The notes: a model not told the origin generated them from the sequence alone. Numbered from the stretch's first letter, positions 1-10,473 are shown. The stretch: DNA of 64,000 nucleotides from an uncultured Oscillospiraceae bacterium (GCA_964558655.1 CAZLEX010000004.1:6796-70795), one strand, 5' to 3'. Made by a program: numbers and translations.

Positions 1-729
1 GGAAAGAGAATACAAAGTATCGAAATCTCCCCCGTCTTCGAGTGCTTTCTGAATTGATGAAATTTTATTGTTTTTTACTTCAAGCGTTTCGTCACTTATA
101 TTGACGGCATTGCCTGAATCGTCAAATTCATAAACATTATTAATCCAAATGTGCTTGACGGCAATATAATTTTGCTCAAAGTAGGAATCTATTATGTTAT
201 CCGATATTTTATACGGTCCGCTGTTTGATGTTACAAGTTCCATACCACGCTCGTAAAGCAAATTGAACTCGGCATCTTCTTTCATTTTTTCTTCCGTGTA
301 TCCGAGACTTCCCAAATATGCGAGGTAATCTTCGCGGCTTTGATACATACTTTCCAGCGTTGCAAGATCTTCTTCGATATTGTTCTTATCCTCATCGGTT
401 ACGGAAATACCGTTTTTAAGAGCGTAATCGACAACCCACGCCATCGCGGCACACTCTTCAAGCGAATATTGAACTATCGCTTCGGAAAGTGTCATTCCCG
501 GTTCGTTGGACTGTGCCGTCCAAATATCAGCGGCATCGTCCGTAAAACCTTTTCCGTAGAGATAACCTATTTTATAGTTTATAACCTGAGAACGAAAAAA
601 TGTTTCCGACACACCGACTCCGTTGTAAGATACAACATAACCGTCGGCAGGTTTTTCGGTTTCTTTTTTACACGATACAAAACTTATGCAAAATACACAT
701 ACAAGAAGAACGGAAATAATTTTTTTCAT
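1..729 (-). CDS. PrsA-like foldase lipoprotein, paralogue 1 (3' end lies outside the window)
   Basis: Absent from the ORF track because it is open at the window edge. ATG at 727-729 (rc) is preceded by GGAG. The N-terminus reads MKKIISVLLVCVFCISFVSC (lipobox), then TEKPADGYVVSYNGVGVSETFFRSQVINYK, collinear with the two paralogues downstream. Confidence 0.7.
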   Translation of the reverse strand, partial: MKKIISVLLVCVFCISFVSCKKETEKPADGYVVSYNGVGVSETFFRSQVINYKIGYLYGKGFTDDAADIWTAQSNEPGMTLSEAIVQYSLEECAAMAWVVDYALKNGISVTDEDKNNIEEDLATLESMYQSREDYLAYLGSLGYTEEKMKEDAEFNLLYERGMELVTSNSGPYKISDNIIDSYFEQNYIAVKHIWINNVYEFDDSGNAVNISDETLEVKNNKISSIQKALEDGGDFDTLYSLS

Positions 730-755
730 CTTTTTCTCCATAAAGTTTACTTTAA

Positions 756-1823
756 TCATCCAAGCGAAACGGACATTATATCAAAAAGATTCACATAATC
801 GTAATCTATTGTAAATTCTTCGGAATACTCTTCCCAAATTTCATCTTGAAAATCTGACCATATGTAATATCTTATTTCGTCATCTTTCTCGCTCTCCTGT
901 TCTTCGGAGACTTCTACCCTTTTTATGAAATAAACTCCGACATTTGAAACATCTACTCTTTTCCACTCTCCTATTTGCAAGGAAAAGCAAGCATCTTCGT
1001 AATCTTTTGACGAAACATCTCCGATTCCCAAAACAATTCCGTCGGGATAATACTCCTGTACTCCGTCGTCGGATTGTGCATAAAACGCATCGAAGTCCTC
1101 CCCGCTCTCAAGTGCTTTTTCTATATCGGATATACGGCTGTTTTGCTTCTTATAATTTTCTTCACTTATCTCGACATAACTTCCGTCATCTTCTTTTTCG
1201 GCAACATTGTTTACATATATATGCTTCACGGCAACATAATTCTCATCAAAATACTCTTTTATCATGGCATCGGAAACATAATAATCACCACCGTTTCGGG
1301 AAGTGAGATAATCAACACCCTTTTCGTAAAGAAACAGCATTTCTTCATTCTTCAATACTTCTTCTTCGGTAAGACCGAGACTTTCTATAAACGAAAGATA
1401 TTCGGCATCGGATGAATAAGATTCGCGAAGTTCTTCTATTCCTTCGGATACATACTGCTTTTCTGACTGTGTAAGCTCAATTCCGTTTTGTCGGCAGACA
1501 TCTATAACATACGACATTACGGCACAGTCATGCAATGTAAGTTCCAGTATAATCTCACCGGTTGTCCGTCCGTCGTTGGCAGGCATTTCCCAAATGTAAG
1601 ACGAATCCCCGTCGAGCCCGAGATAATTAATATAATCCTGTTTATACAAAATAAGCTTTGACCGAAACATCGATCTGTCAATCTCCACCCCGTTATAAGA
1701 CACAACGGGAGTTTCCGTAATTTTGTCGGGTTCGGCGGTTTTATTTTCCTCAACGCCTTTATTACAGGAAAGTGCAACGAATGTAAACAAACAGGTAAAC
1801 AGCAAAAAAATTATTTTTTTCAT
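756..1823 (-). CDS. PrsA-like foldase lipoprotein (degenerate PpiC/parvulin domain), paralogue 2
   Basis: 355-aa ORF with an AGGAG RBS. Signal peptide carries the lipobox FVALSC. The C-terminal VKHIYV...GIVLGIGDV...GVYFIKRV resembles the parvulin domain of PrsA. Confidence 0.75.
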   Translation of the reverse strand: MKKIIFLLFTCLFTFVALSCNKGVEENKTAEPDKITETPVVSYNGVEIDRSMFRSKLILYKQDYINYLGLDGDSSYIWEMPANDGRTTGEIILELTLHDCAVMSYVIDVCRQNGIELTQSEKQYVSEGIEELRESYSSDAEYLSFIESLGLTEEEVLKNEEMLFLYEKGVDYLTSRNGGDYYVSDAMIKEYFDENYVAVKHIYVNNVAEKEDDGSYVEISEENYKKQNSRISDIEKALESGEDFDAFYAQSDDGVQEYYPDGIVLGIGDVSSKDYEDACFSLQIGEWKRVDVSNVGVYFIKRVEVSEEQESEKDDEIRYYIWSDFQDEIWEEYSEEFTIDYDYVNLFDIMSVSLG

Positions 1824-1838
1824 TTTTTCTCCTTTAAA

Positions 1839-2912
1839 TCAAGAAAGTGCCGAAACCGCAAGAAGATTATAACTGTTTATAATATCGTTTTTTTCTTCAA
1901 AAGATTCGGAATTTTCCGTTATTGCCCGTGCTTTGTCAAGCTCTATAAGATCGGGTAAAAAGACTGATTGACAGTTATAAAAATCGCTTTTCAAAAGTTC
2001 AACACGCTTGATGAAATAATATCCGTATCCTTCGTTTTCCCATTCTCCTACCTCTCCGATTTCAAGAGAAAGAGCCGTTTCTTCATACCCCTTCATCTCA
2101 TCGTCCATAGCACCCTGAGTAATTGTATAACCGTCGGGATAAAGTTCGGCCTGTCCGTCTTCACTTTCTTTATACAGCTCATCAAAATCGACTCCGCCTT
2201 CAATCTGTTCTCTCACGGTATCGATAACTTTTCGCCGTTCTTCTTTTTCTTCATCGTCGAAATAAACAGTGTTACCGTTTTCATCGGTTCCCGCAATTTC
2301 CGTGCCGATAGCTATATGTTTAACGGTAATATAATTTTCCTGATAAAACTCATATGCTTCTTCAAAAGAAATTGCTCTTCCTCCACCGTCCGAATAAGCA
2401 AGTGTAAGACCGTTGGCGTAAAGCTGATACATTTCAAGCCACTCACGATACATACTGTAATTTATGCCGTATTTTTCAAGATATTTGTTAACGGCACCTT
2501 TTGAGCCAAGCTGTGCTACAACATCGTCAAGCTGTGTATCTATCGCACTTTTCTGTTCATCTGTCAGCTCTCCGCCGTTTTTAAGGGCATAATCTGCAAA
2601 AAACAGTTTTATACGCAAATTAGCAAGGCACTCCTGATACATAAGATCGCCCCATGTGTAATGAGATGTGTTTGCACCGCCTGTGGAATCCGTTATTTCG
2701 ATACTCATAAGGTTATTAAAATTCGCTTCCGTAATTCCGAGATCCGACATCATTTGCGTTTTGTAATACGACAACTCATACATAAACATTCTCTCGCTAA
2801 TCGCCGCATCTCCGTAACGAAGAACTTCTTCCGAATCGTCGCCGGCACAGGAAAACAGTGATATGAGCAATACGAGAATTGTCAAATTTACAGCAATGAT
2901 TTTTTTTATCAT
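1839..2912 (-). CDS. PrsA-like foldase lipoprotein, paralogue 3
   Basis: The track ORF begins at a TTG (2930). I prefer the ATG at 2910-2912 (MIKKIIAV...) with AAAGGA 9 nt upstream. Lipobox is ISLFSC. VKHIAIG...GYTITQG...GYYFIKRV is parvulin-like. Confidence 0.75.
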   Translation of the reverse strand: MIKKIIAVNLTILVLLISLFSCAGDDSEEVLRYGDAAISERMFMYELSYYKTQMMSDLGITEANFNNLMSIEITDSTGGANTSHYTWGDLMYQECLANLRIKLFFADYALKNGGELTDEQKSAIDTQLDDVVAQLGSKGAVNKYLEKYGINYSMYREWLEMYQLYANGLTLAYSDGGGRAISFEEAYEFYQENYITVKHIAIGTEIAGTDENGNTVYFDDEEKEERRKVIDTVREQIEGGVDFDELYKESEDGQAELYPDGYTITQGAMDDEMKGYEETALSLEIGEVGEWENEGYGYYFIKRVELLKSDFYNCQSVFLPDLIELDKARAITENSESFEEKNDIINSYNLLAVSALS

Positions 2913-2970
2913 AAACCGATATCCTTTCAACGCGTATTTTGGGTATTATACTACACAATTGTTAAAAATT

Positions 2971-5900
2971 CTACTGTTCTCGCACTTTTTCCGAAATTAT
3001 TTTATATTCGCCGATGAGTGTTGTAAATTCTTCCAGAATTTTTTTCTTATTCGGTCGAAATACAAAATACGGAGAAGTCGCGGAACAAAAAGAAAGTTTG
3101 TCCCTCCACAACAATGCGAGAGCCTCTCCCGCCCTTCTGTCACCGGAAGAAATGTAAATATAAATTCTGTCGTCGGTCTGTATCGCTTTTTTTATCCGAC
3201 ATTCTGCAAGAACAGTACGCAGCTTCGAAATTTTAATAAGGTTCATGACACTCTCCGGCGGATTTCCGTACCTATCGCAGAGTTCATCAACCAACTCCCA
3301 CTCATCGTCGTCTGTCACAGTCCTTGAAATTTTCTTATAAGCATCTATACGCATTTTTTCAGCAGGAATATAACTCTTCGGAATATAAGCGTCAACGGAA
3401 ATATCAATTGACGGAAGTTCCTCCTCAGCAGGCGGTGCGTTTTCTCCTTTTTCTTCACGCATTGCCTCATCAAGAAGACGGATATACAGGTCATATCCCA
3501 CACTGTCCATATGCCCGTGCTGTTCTGAACCCAAAATGTTTCCAGCTCCTCTTATTTCCAAATCCCGCATGGCTATCTTAAACCCCGAACCGAATTCGGT
3601 ATACTCCCGGATTGCCGACAGCCTTTTTTCAGCAACTTCGGAAATCTCGCGTCCCCTCTTATAAGTAAGATAAGCAAAAGCACGGCGATTGCTTCTTCCT
3701 ACCCGTCCTCTTATCTGGTGAAGTTGAGAAAGACCGTATTTATCCGCATTTTCTATAATCAGAGTATTCGCATTCGGAACATCGACTCCGGTTTCTATAA
3801 TCGTGGTACACACAAGTACATCGATTTTTCCGTCATACATATCTCTCCATATTTCCGACAGTTCTTCTCTGTCCATCTTACCGTGAGCCGATGCCACGGT
3901 TATTCCCGAAACAGCGTCCATTATCCGCTTTACTCTACCCTCAAGGGCTTCGGTGTTGTTGAGAAGATAAAAAACCTGACCTCCGCGTCTGACCTCACGG
4001 CGTATTGCCTCATATACAACATTTTCGTCAAATTCCGTAACATAAGTTTGAACCGGAAAACGATCACCCGGTGCTTCTTCAAGTATAGACATATCGCGAA
4101 TACCTGACAGTGCCATATTAAGAGTTCTGGGAATAGGTGTCGCGGTGAGAGTCAAAACATCTACACCCGCAGACAGTTCTTTGAGCTTTTCCTTATGAGT
4201 GACTCCGAAACGCTGTTCTTCGTCAACAACAAGAAATCCGAGACGGTGAAATTTAACATCTTTTTGCAAAAGTCTGTGAGTTCCTATAACTATATCAACA
4301 CTTCCGTCGGCTATACCGTCAAGTGCTTCTTTTATTTCCTTTTTACTCGAAAATCTGGACAGCATGGCTATCTTTACCGGAAACCCTCTGAACCTTGAAA
4401 CGACTGTATTGTAATGTTGCCAGGCAAGCACGGTTGTAGGTGCGAGAATCGCCGCTTGCATTGAGTCCATAACGCACTTAAATACACCTCTCAACGCGAC
4501 CTCTGTCTTTCCGAACCCGACATCTCCGCAAAGTAAGCGATCCATAGGAACTTCGCTTTCCATGTCACGCTTTATGTCTTCGACGGCTGCCAACTGCCCT
4601 TCCGTTTCCTCGTATCCGAAAGCACCCTCAAACTCTGCCTGCCACGGAGTATCCGAAGAAAAGGCGTGGCCTTTCGCGTTGCGGCGTGCCGAATAAAGAC
4701 GAATGAGATCTTTGGCAATATCCCGTGCCGCAGATTTCGCACGGCTTTTTGTTTTCTGCCAATCACTCGAGGACAGTCTGTTCACTTTTACAGCAGTGCC
4801 CTCTCCCGCACCGATGTATTTCGATACGGAATCAAGGCTGTTGCAAGGCACATAAAGCACATCGCCCTGTGCATATTTCAAAACCAAATAATCCTTGCAT
4901 ACTCCGTCGGTCTCGATACTCTTTATTCCATCGTAAATACCGATACCGTGATTTATATGAACCACATAATCCCCGATCGACAAATCGTTGTAAGACATTA
5001 TTCTTTCTTTGGAGTCGGATTTATATCTTGTACGTTGACGGCGAGACGAAGCAAGAGCCGATGAAGGAGCATTATCGAAAAGCAAAACAAATCGGCTTTT
5101 GACAAGTTCAAACCCTTCAGTCAGAGAAAAACACTTTTTATCACCTCTCATTGCCGAAAGAACCATTACGGGATAGGGAGCGGAAGATGAAATATCGGTT
5201 TCGGCATTGCGAATTGAAGGAATTGAACGGTCATCCATGGAATTTGTAAGATTTTCCGCAGCAATCGTATTCTGTGCCATAACAACAACTCGGTAACCGT
5301 TTTCCGAAAATGCTTTTATATCGTCGAAAAAAAGCTCGGGGTTCTGCGACATACTTATACTTTTCCTTGACTGCAATTCAAAAACCTGATCGAAATGCAA
5401 TCCGGATGCCGAACGCAATGTGTCAACGGCAATAAAATTTTTATGCAAAAAGAATGACATAAAATCATGCGGAGAAATCATCGGAACATCGGTACCTATC
5501 AGCGAAATTTCCAACCGGTTCTTCAGCAACTCGGTAATTTCTTCGGAAACCAAACTGAACGCTCCTTCAAAAGAAGAAAAAATTCTGTCACTGTCAAACA
5601 GACAAAAAATATAATCGTTCGGTATATGCGAAAGAGCCGTCGATTTTTTTTCAAACAGTTTTGAAATGTACAATTCGGTGCAAAAACTTCTGCCGCTGTT
5701 TATCTTTTCCTTTTCGGCGGATACGGCACGCACCGCATCTGATGAAGCCTCTTTTACGATTTTGTCATAAGACGCGATAATACGCATTTTGGCAGCGGAA
5801 TCGGCAAAAAGTTCCGATGCGGGTGAAACTGTAACTCTTTTCAAAGTATCAACTCTTCTTTGAGTTACGGTGTCATAAGCCGAAACAGTATCTATTTCAT

Positions 5901-6486
5901 CACCGAAATACTCAATTCTGACGGGATAGTCAAGATGAGACGGAAATATATCGACAATATCTCCTCTTTTCGAAAATTTTCCCCTGCCGTCTACCAAATC
6001 GCACCTTGTATATCCCATATTCGAAAGCTTTTTTACAAGTTTGTCTTCCGAAAATTCTTCGCCCGGTGTCAGTACAAAAGAACTTTCGATTAGTTTTTCC
6101 GGAGGTATGGTATATTGGCAGAGAGCTTCGGCAGTGGTAAAAAGTATACATTTTTCTCCGAAGCACAACGATGAAAGCACACGCAATCTGGCGTTCTCCA
6201 AATCGTGTCCGGCAGCTTCGGCATCACCGAAAAACATCTCCCGTGCCGGTAAAAAGAGTGTCGGTATATCGCTTGAGGAAAACTGTTCCCACATGGAAAG
6301 AGCTTCTTTCTCATCTGAAAACACAGCAACAATACCTTTTTTTGTATCACTATACAAAGTCTGTGCAAAAACAGGTCTTAACCCGGAAACCACGCCGGAC
6401 ACAAGTGCACTGTGTCCTTGCTCGGTATTTTTTACAATATCGATATATTCTTTCTCTTGTCTTAGCACATTTGAAAACAGTTCCAT
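2971..6486 (-). CDS. mfd: transcription-repair coupling factor Mfd
   Basis: 1171 aa. Carries helicase motifs GDVGFGKTEVA, DEEQRFGV and QLHQIRGRVGR, with a UvrB-homology N-terminus and a TRCF C-terminus. Confidence 0.97.
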   Translation of the reverse strand: MELFSNVLRQEKEYIDIVKNTEQGHSALVSGVVSGLRPVFAQTLYSDTKKGIVAVFSDEKEALSMWEQFSSSDIPTLFLPAREMFFGDAEAAGHDLENARLRVLSSLCFGEKCILFTTAEALCQYTIPPEKLIESSFVLTPGEEFSEDKLVKKLSNMGYTRCDLVDGRGKFSKRGDIVDIFPSHLDYPVRIEYFGDEIDTVSAYDTVTQRRVDTLKRVTVSPASELFADSAAKMRIIASYDKIVKEASSDAVRAVSAEKEKINSGRSFCTELYISKLFEKKSTALSHIPNDYIFCLFDSDRIFSSFEGAFSLVSEEITELLKNRLEISLIGTDVPMISPHDFMSFFLHKNFIAVDTLRSASGLHFDQVFELQSRKSISMSQNPELFFDDIKAFSENGYRVVVMAQNTIAAENLTNSMDDRSIPSIRNAETDISSSAPYPVMVLSAMRGDKKCFSLTEGFELVKSRFVLLFDNAPSSALASSRRQRTRYKSDSKERIMSYNDLSIGDYVVHINHGIGIYDGIKSIETDGVCKDYLVLKYAQGDVLYVPCNSLDSVSKYIGAGEGTAVKVNRLSSSDWQKTKSRAKSAARDIAKDLIRLYSARRNAKGHAFSSDTPWQAEFEGAFGYEETEGQLAAVEDIKRDMESEVPMDRLLCGDVGFGKTEVALRGVFKCVMDSMQAAILAPTTVLAWQHYNTVVSRFRGFPVKIAMLSRFSSKKEIKEALDGIADGSVDIVIGTHRLLQKDVKFHRLGFLVVDEEQRFGVTHKEKLKELSAGVDVLTLTATPIPRTLNMALSGIRDMSILEEAPGDRFPVQTYVTEFDENVVYEAIRREVRRGGQVFYLLNNTEALEGRVKRIMDAVSGITVASAHGKMDREELSEIWRDMYDGKIDVLVCTTIIETGVDVPNANTLIIENADKYGLSQLHQIRGRVGRSNRRAFAYLTYKRGREISEVAEKRLSAIREYTEFGSGFKIAMRDLEIRGAGNILGSEQHGHMDSVGYDLYIRLLDEAMREEKGENAPPAEEELPSIDISVDAYIPKSYIPAEKMRIDAYKKISRTVTDDDEWELVDELCDRYGNPPESVMNLIKISKLRTVLAECRIKKAIQTDDRIYIYISSGDRRAGEALALLWRDKLSFCSATSPYFVFRPNKKKILEEFTTLIGEYKIISEKVREQ

Positions 6487-6593
6487 TTATCCTCCTTAAA
6501 AGACGCCGAAAAGGACAAGCCGACAGCTTGCCCGATTTTTTATTTCTTTATTAAATAATATCATAATTTTATCTTTTTTACAACCCCCCTAAG

Positions 6594-6621
6594 AAAAAAA
6601 GGGACGGTATAAAACCGTCCC
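6594..6621 (-). terminator. intrinsic terminator after the ABC permease gene
   Basis: On the minus strand: GGGACGGT-tttat-ACCGTCCC followed by T7. Confidence 0.7.
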
Positions 6622-6648
6622 TCAAGCAAGTATTTTCGGTAATCGAGC

Positions 6649-8457
6649 TTACAGAGGCAAATCCTTTTTGGTAAACCGTATTGATCCTGCCGTATACCCT
6701 ATAATTCCGAGTATTGCGAGAACGACAAATTTAATAATAAAGTTATCGCTTCCGTCCATGATTGATACGACATCAAACAAAGAAATAACAGTGGCATAAT
6801 TAAAGTTGTTAAGTGCATCAAGGCGTACAACGGAAGGAATTACGGGACTTCCGAAAAGTCCGAGCATTGCGGCAACCAGTGCGAATATCGACAGTCCTCC
6901 GCCGATTGCCATGGAATATTTGCTTCTGTCGAATACACAGGAGGTGAAGAAACAAAGTCCGGAAAGAGTAAAGAGAACGAGAAATGCTCCTATGTTAAGC
7001 AAAATGAGATTAGAATAAGTGAGTTCAACTTCTTCCTTAACCACAGACAAACATACACAGCCCGTAACGGTTGTCAAAGAAAACATAGCGAGAAGCGATC
7101 CGACGAGATATATCGCCTGAGTAAACACAACAGTACTTCTTTTTGTTGAAGTTGACAGTACATACGCCATAGAACCGCTGTCAACCTGTCCGGCAACAAG
7201 ATTATTGGATGCCATTATCATGTATATGATCGGCAAAAGAAGTCCCGCAAGCTTATAGAATATCGAACCGACTATAAGGGTATATAAGTCTGCCTGCCCT
7301 ATTTCTTCAAGTGCTTCGGAAACTTCATCCGGCAAAGTTGACAAAAAGCTTGTTGAGATATCCGATGATAATTCCTTTTTCTTTGCCTCAATTTCTTCGG
7401 AATAAATGATGTCGGACGCAAACTCACCGTTCTCATATTTCTTTTCCAATTCTTCGAGTTCGTATTCAAGCCGTCCTGTATACGAAGCAATCGCATTTTT
7501 CGACATATGTTTTATGTTTTCGTATGTATATCCGAATGAATTATACTTTTCTTCGGTCACGCCGTAAGAAGAAAGCGACTGTATGAGAGTCCCCCTGCTT
7601 TCACTGCTTGACATATTTCCCGCAATAAATACCGACACACATTCGGATACTCTTGCGGAACGGTATGACTCTCTTTGTTCCGATAAGATATAATCATTTA
7701 TCTCGGACTCCGATATTTTTTCTATAAGTGTCATAATATCATAATCATCGGGAATACTCTCTGTGTTTGCAATATAAAATTCATCAAACATACCGTCGGG
7801 ATTAACTGTATACATAACGGCTCCGAGCATTTCCTGTGCTTCGGATGAATCTTCTTCATAGCCCAAATCCTTTGCCTTTTCAAAAATTTCGGCTTGTAAC
7901 TGTTCAATTGCAGAGGAATAAGCCGTGCTTACAGCCGCTTCTTGAGTCAAGCAAGACTGTTCCAGCCATTTTCCCATGGCTTCCGAATACTTTTCGGGAC
8001 TGTCAAACCCCTCCGATACGGGCATGGACGCAATATAATTGTTTACATTGTCGGCATATGCCATGCCGGCTTCGGTTTTCATTTCCGGGCAAACATTCTC
8101 CCACGCCCGTAATGCCGTACCGTATAATTCCGTATTGTCAAAATCAGATGCAATAGGCATATTCGAATACCACATGAGGTAAGAAAGAGTATCACTTACA
8201 TTTTGTGAAAAAAGCATGTCAAACTCGGTGAGAGAAGCTTCTGTATTATCATATTCCGAAATAGCACGCTGCTGAAGTCCGGCATCTATTTCCTCTGTAA
8301 TTATTGTATCCTGAATGGCATTTCTGACCGCTCCTATATTGCCGTTGCCCGATATAAGCATAACACAGGCAAGCATAAAACAAAGTGCAAATGTGATTAT
8401 TGCCCACATAGTTGCATTTGACTTGCACGACTGCTTAAATAAAGCTTTACTAAACAT
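6649..8457 (-). CDS. ABC-2 type transporter permease with a ~390-aa extracytoplasmic domain
   Basis: I prefer the ATG at 8455-8457 (MFSKALFKQ) with a GAGGT RBS, 10 nt after the upstream stop. One N-terminal TM helix, a long acidic helical region, then 5 C-terminal TM helices. Confidence 0.8.
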   Translation of the reverse strand: MFSKALFKQSCKSNATMWAIITFALCFMLACVMLISGNGNIGAVRNAIQDTIITEEIDAGLQQRAISEYDNTEASLTEFDMLFSQNVSDTLSYLMWYSNMPIASDFDNTELYGTALRAWENVCPEMKTEAGMAYADNVNNYIASMPVSEGFDSPEKYSEAMGKWLEQSCLTQEAAVSTAYSSAIEQLQAEIFEKAKDLGYEEDSSEAQEMLGAVMYTVNPDGMFDEFYIANTESIPDDYDIMTLIEKISESEINDYILSEQRESYRSARVSECVSVFIAGNMSSSESRGTLIQSLSSYGVTEEKYNSFGYTYENIKHMSKNAIASYTGRLEYELEELEKKYENGEFASDIIYSEEIEAKKKELSSDISTSFLSTLPDEVSEALEEIGQADLYTLIVGSIFYKLAGLLLPIIYMIMASNNLVAGQVDSGSMAYVLSTSTKRSTVVFTQAIYLVGSLLAMFSLTTVTGCVCLSVVKEEVELTYSNLILLNIGAFLVLFTLSGLCFFTSCVFDRSKYSMAIGGGLSIFALVAAMLGLFGSPVIPSVVRLDALNNFNYATVISLFDVVSIMDGSDNFIIKFVVLAILGIIGYTAGSIRFTKKDLPL

Positions 8458-8467
8458 AACTTTTACC

Positions 8468-9367
8468 TCAACCTTTCCTTTGCGAAAACAAAATATTCTT
8501 AAAGTGCATTTCAAGAGTGTAGGGGAGTTCCGAAATAAATTTAACATCATAATTTTTCAAAACCGAAAGAAGCGTCACCGTATCATATTCCCCTACCCTG
8601 ACCGTAACCTGATTATACTGTTCCTGAATACGAATTTTTTCAAATTTTTCATTCAAAAATCTTACATAATCTTCTCTCTTGTGAAATTCGATTTTAAAAT
8701 CTTTTATCGGCCGATGCTTTATACCGTCCATATCGCAAACATCGACGATTCTTCCGCTGTTGATAAGTGCCACCCTGTCACAAGTGTTTTCAAGCTCCTC
8801 AAAACTGTGACTGCTCATAAAAATTGTCTTTCCGCGTTTGTGTTCCTCTTTTATTATATCGAGAAAAACGGCACGCATAAGAGGATCAAGCCCGGTTGTA
8901 GGTTCGTCCAAAACGATTATTGGTGAATCGCTCATAAGTGCCGCAACAAGTGCGGTTTTTTGTTTCATTCCTTTACTCATTCGTTTGAGTCCCGCTCTCG
9001 GATCAAGCTGAAGCCTTTCTATCAACTGGTTGGCTCGCGACATATCTTTAATTTCCAAAAAATCAGCTTGACATTTTAAAAAATCTATACCGGTTTTTAA
9101 ATCCGGAAAAGCTATTTCTCCGGGTACATATCCGATTTTTTTAGCAATTTCGCTTGAATGTTCCCACGAAGAAAGTCCCGTAACAAACACATTCCCCGAT
9201 GTCGGACGGATAAAACCCATAATATGTCTTATTGTAGTCGTTTTTCCACTGCCGTTCGTCCCAACATAACCGACCATTTCACCTTCTCCGATTTCGAGAT
9301 CAAGATCGAAAATACCGCAAGAATTACCGTAATCTTTGGTAAGTTTTTCGGTTTTTATAACTTTCAT
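8468..9367 (-). CDS. ABC transporter ATP-binding protein (second of two)
   Basis: Walker A GTNGSGKTT, Walker B VLDEPTTGLDP, H-loop SSHSF. The ATG overlaps the upstream stop (TGATG). Confidence 0.9.
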   Translation of the reverse strand: MKVIKTEKLTKDYGNSCGIFDLDLEIGEGEMVGYVGTNGSGKTTTIRHIMGFIRPTSGNVFVTGLSSWEHSSEIAKKIGYVPGEIAFPDLKTGIDFLKCQADFLEIKDMSRANQLIERLQLDPRAGLKRMSKGMKQKTALVAALMSDSPIIVLDEPTTGLDPLMRAVFLDIIKEEHKRGKTIFMSSHSFEELENTCDRVALINSGRIVDVCDMDGIKHRPIKDFKIEFHKREDYVRFLNEKFEKIRIQEQYNQVTVRVGEYDTVTLLSVLKNYDVKFISELPYTLEMHFKNILFSQRKG

Positions 9368-10329
9368 CACAATGCACCTCCGAAATCTTTATCTTCTTTG
9401 TAAAACTTCATGAAATAGTCTTCGAGAGATTCCAGCCGATTGCTGAAAGTGCGTACTCCCACTGAAGAGAGCTGTTTTATAAGCAAATTCAAATCATTAT
9501 CCTCAACGCAAACATAAATGCTGTCGGCTCTTTCTTCAATAAGTTGCAAAGAGGCAATATCCACACTGCTTTCAAAAAACCGCTTCTTCGATTTTTCGTT
9601 TTCAAATACCACAGTATAATATTTTCTCGAAGCGTGTTTTAAATCATTTGCAATAAATTCGGAAACAATTTTCCCGTCTTTGATTATGGCAATACGATCG
9701 CAGGTTGAATCTATTTCCGAAAAAATATGACTTGAAAGGAGAATTGTCTTTCCACGCTCTTTTTCTTCATGAATAAACTTAATGAAATTCTCCTGCATTA
9801 CCGGATCAAGTCCGCTCGTCGGTTCATCGAGAATAAGAACATCGGGATCGGACATGAATGCCGAAGTAACGGCAAGCTTTCTCTTAACTCCGAGACTCAT
9901 TCTCTTGGTCTCTCCTTTTAAAACTATATCGCTCAATTCAAAAAGCGTCAGCATTTCGTCAAGCTTTTCTTTATTGTGAATTTTCTGCATATCCTGCATC
10001 ATTCTGATAAATTCCCAGCCTGTAAGTCCTTGCGGCAGTGCAATTTCTCCGGGAATATAGCCGACGCGATTTAATATTTTATCGTATTTTTCAAAAGTAT
10101 CGCAATCCAAAATTTTCGCATTTCCCGAATCAGGCTTCGAAAACCCCATCAAATGCCGTATTGTTGTGGACTTTCCCGCACCGTTCGGCCCCAAAAATCC
10201 GAAAACTTCACCCTTATCAACATGTATGGTGACATCGAAAATTCCTCTGCCGCAACCGTAATCTTTTGTCAGATGAGAGGTTTCTATTACAGCTGAATTT
10301 CCTTTTTCGCCGGTATTCTGTAATATCAT
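9367..10329 (-). CDS. ABC transporter ATP-binding protein (first of two)
   Basis: Walker A GPNGAGKST, Walker B ILDEPTSGLDP, H-loop SSHIF. AGGAG RBS. Confidence 0.9.
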   Translation of the reverse strand: MILQNTGEKGNSAVIETSHLTKDYGCGRGIFDVTIHVDKGEVFGFLGPNGAGKSTTIRHLMGFSKPDSGNAKILDCDTFEKYDKILNRVGYIPGEIALPQGLTGWEFIRMMQDMQKIHNKEKLDEMLTLFELSDIVLKGETKRMSLGVKRKLAVTSAFMSDPDVLILDEPTSGLDPVMQENFIKFIHEEKERGKTILLSSHIFSEIDSTCDRIAIIKDGKIVSEFIANDLKHASRKYYTVVFENEKSKKRFFESSVDIASLQLIEERADSIYVCVEDNDLNLLIKQLSSVGVRTFSNRLESLEDYFMKFYKEDKDFGGAL

Positions 10330-10356
10330 ATTTTTCTCCTTTCTTTTTTAACACTG

Positions 10357-10385
10357 TTGACATTTTGACTTTGTTGAATTATAAT
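10357..10385 (+). promoter_or_regulatory. sigma-A type promoter of the TetR gene (TTGACA-17-TATAAT)
   Basis: TTGACA at 10357-10362, exact 17-nt spacer, TATAAT at 10380-10385. Confidence 0.6.
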
Positions 10386-10473
10386 ACTGTAAACAGAAAA
10401 AAAGAAGTACAGTTTTACTGTCACTGACAAAATTTACACACAAGTGCGAAATTTGTTCAAATTCGGAGGAAAA

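Noticed and set aside
340-1415. Plus-strand ORFs at 340..798, 944..1306 and 1074..1415.
   Set aside because: They overlap the minus-strand PrsA-like genes, which have lipoprotein signal peptides, RBSs and mutual homology. The plus-strand translations are low-complexity.
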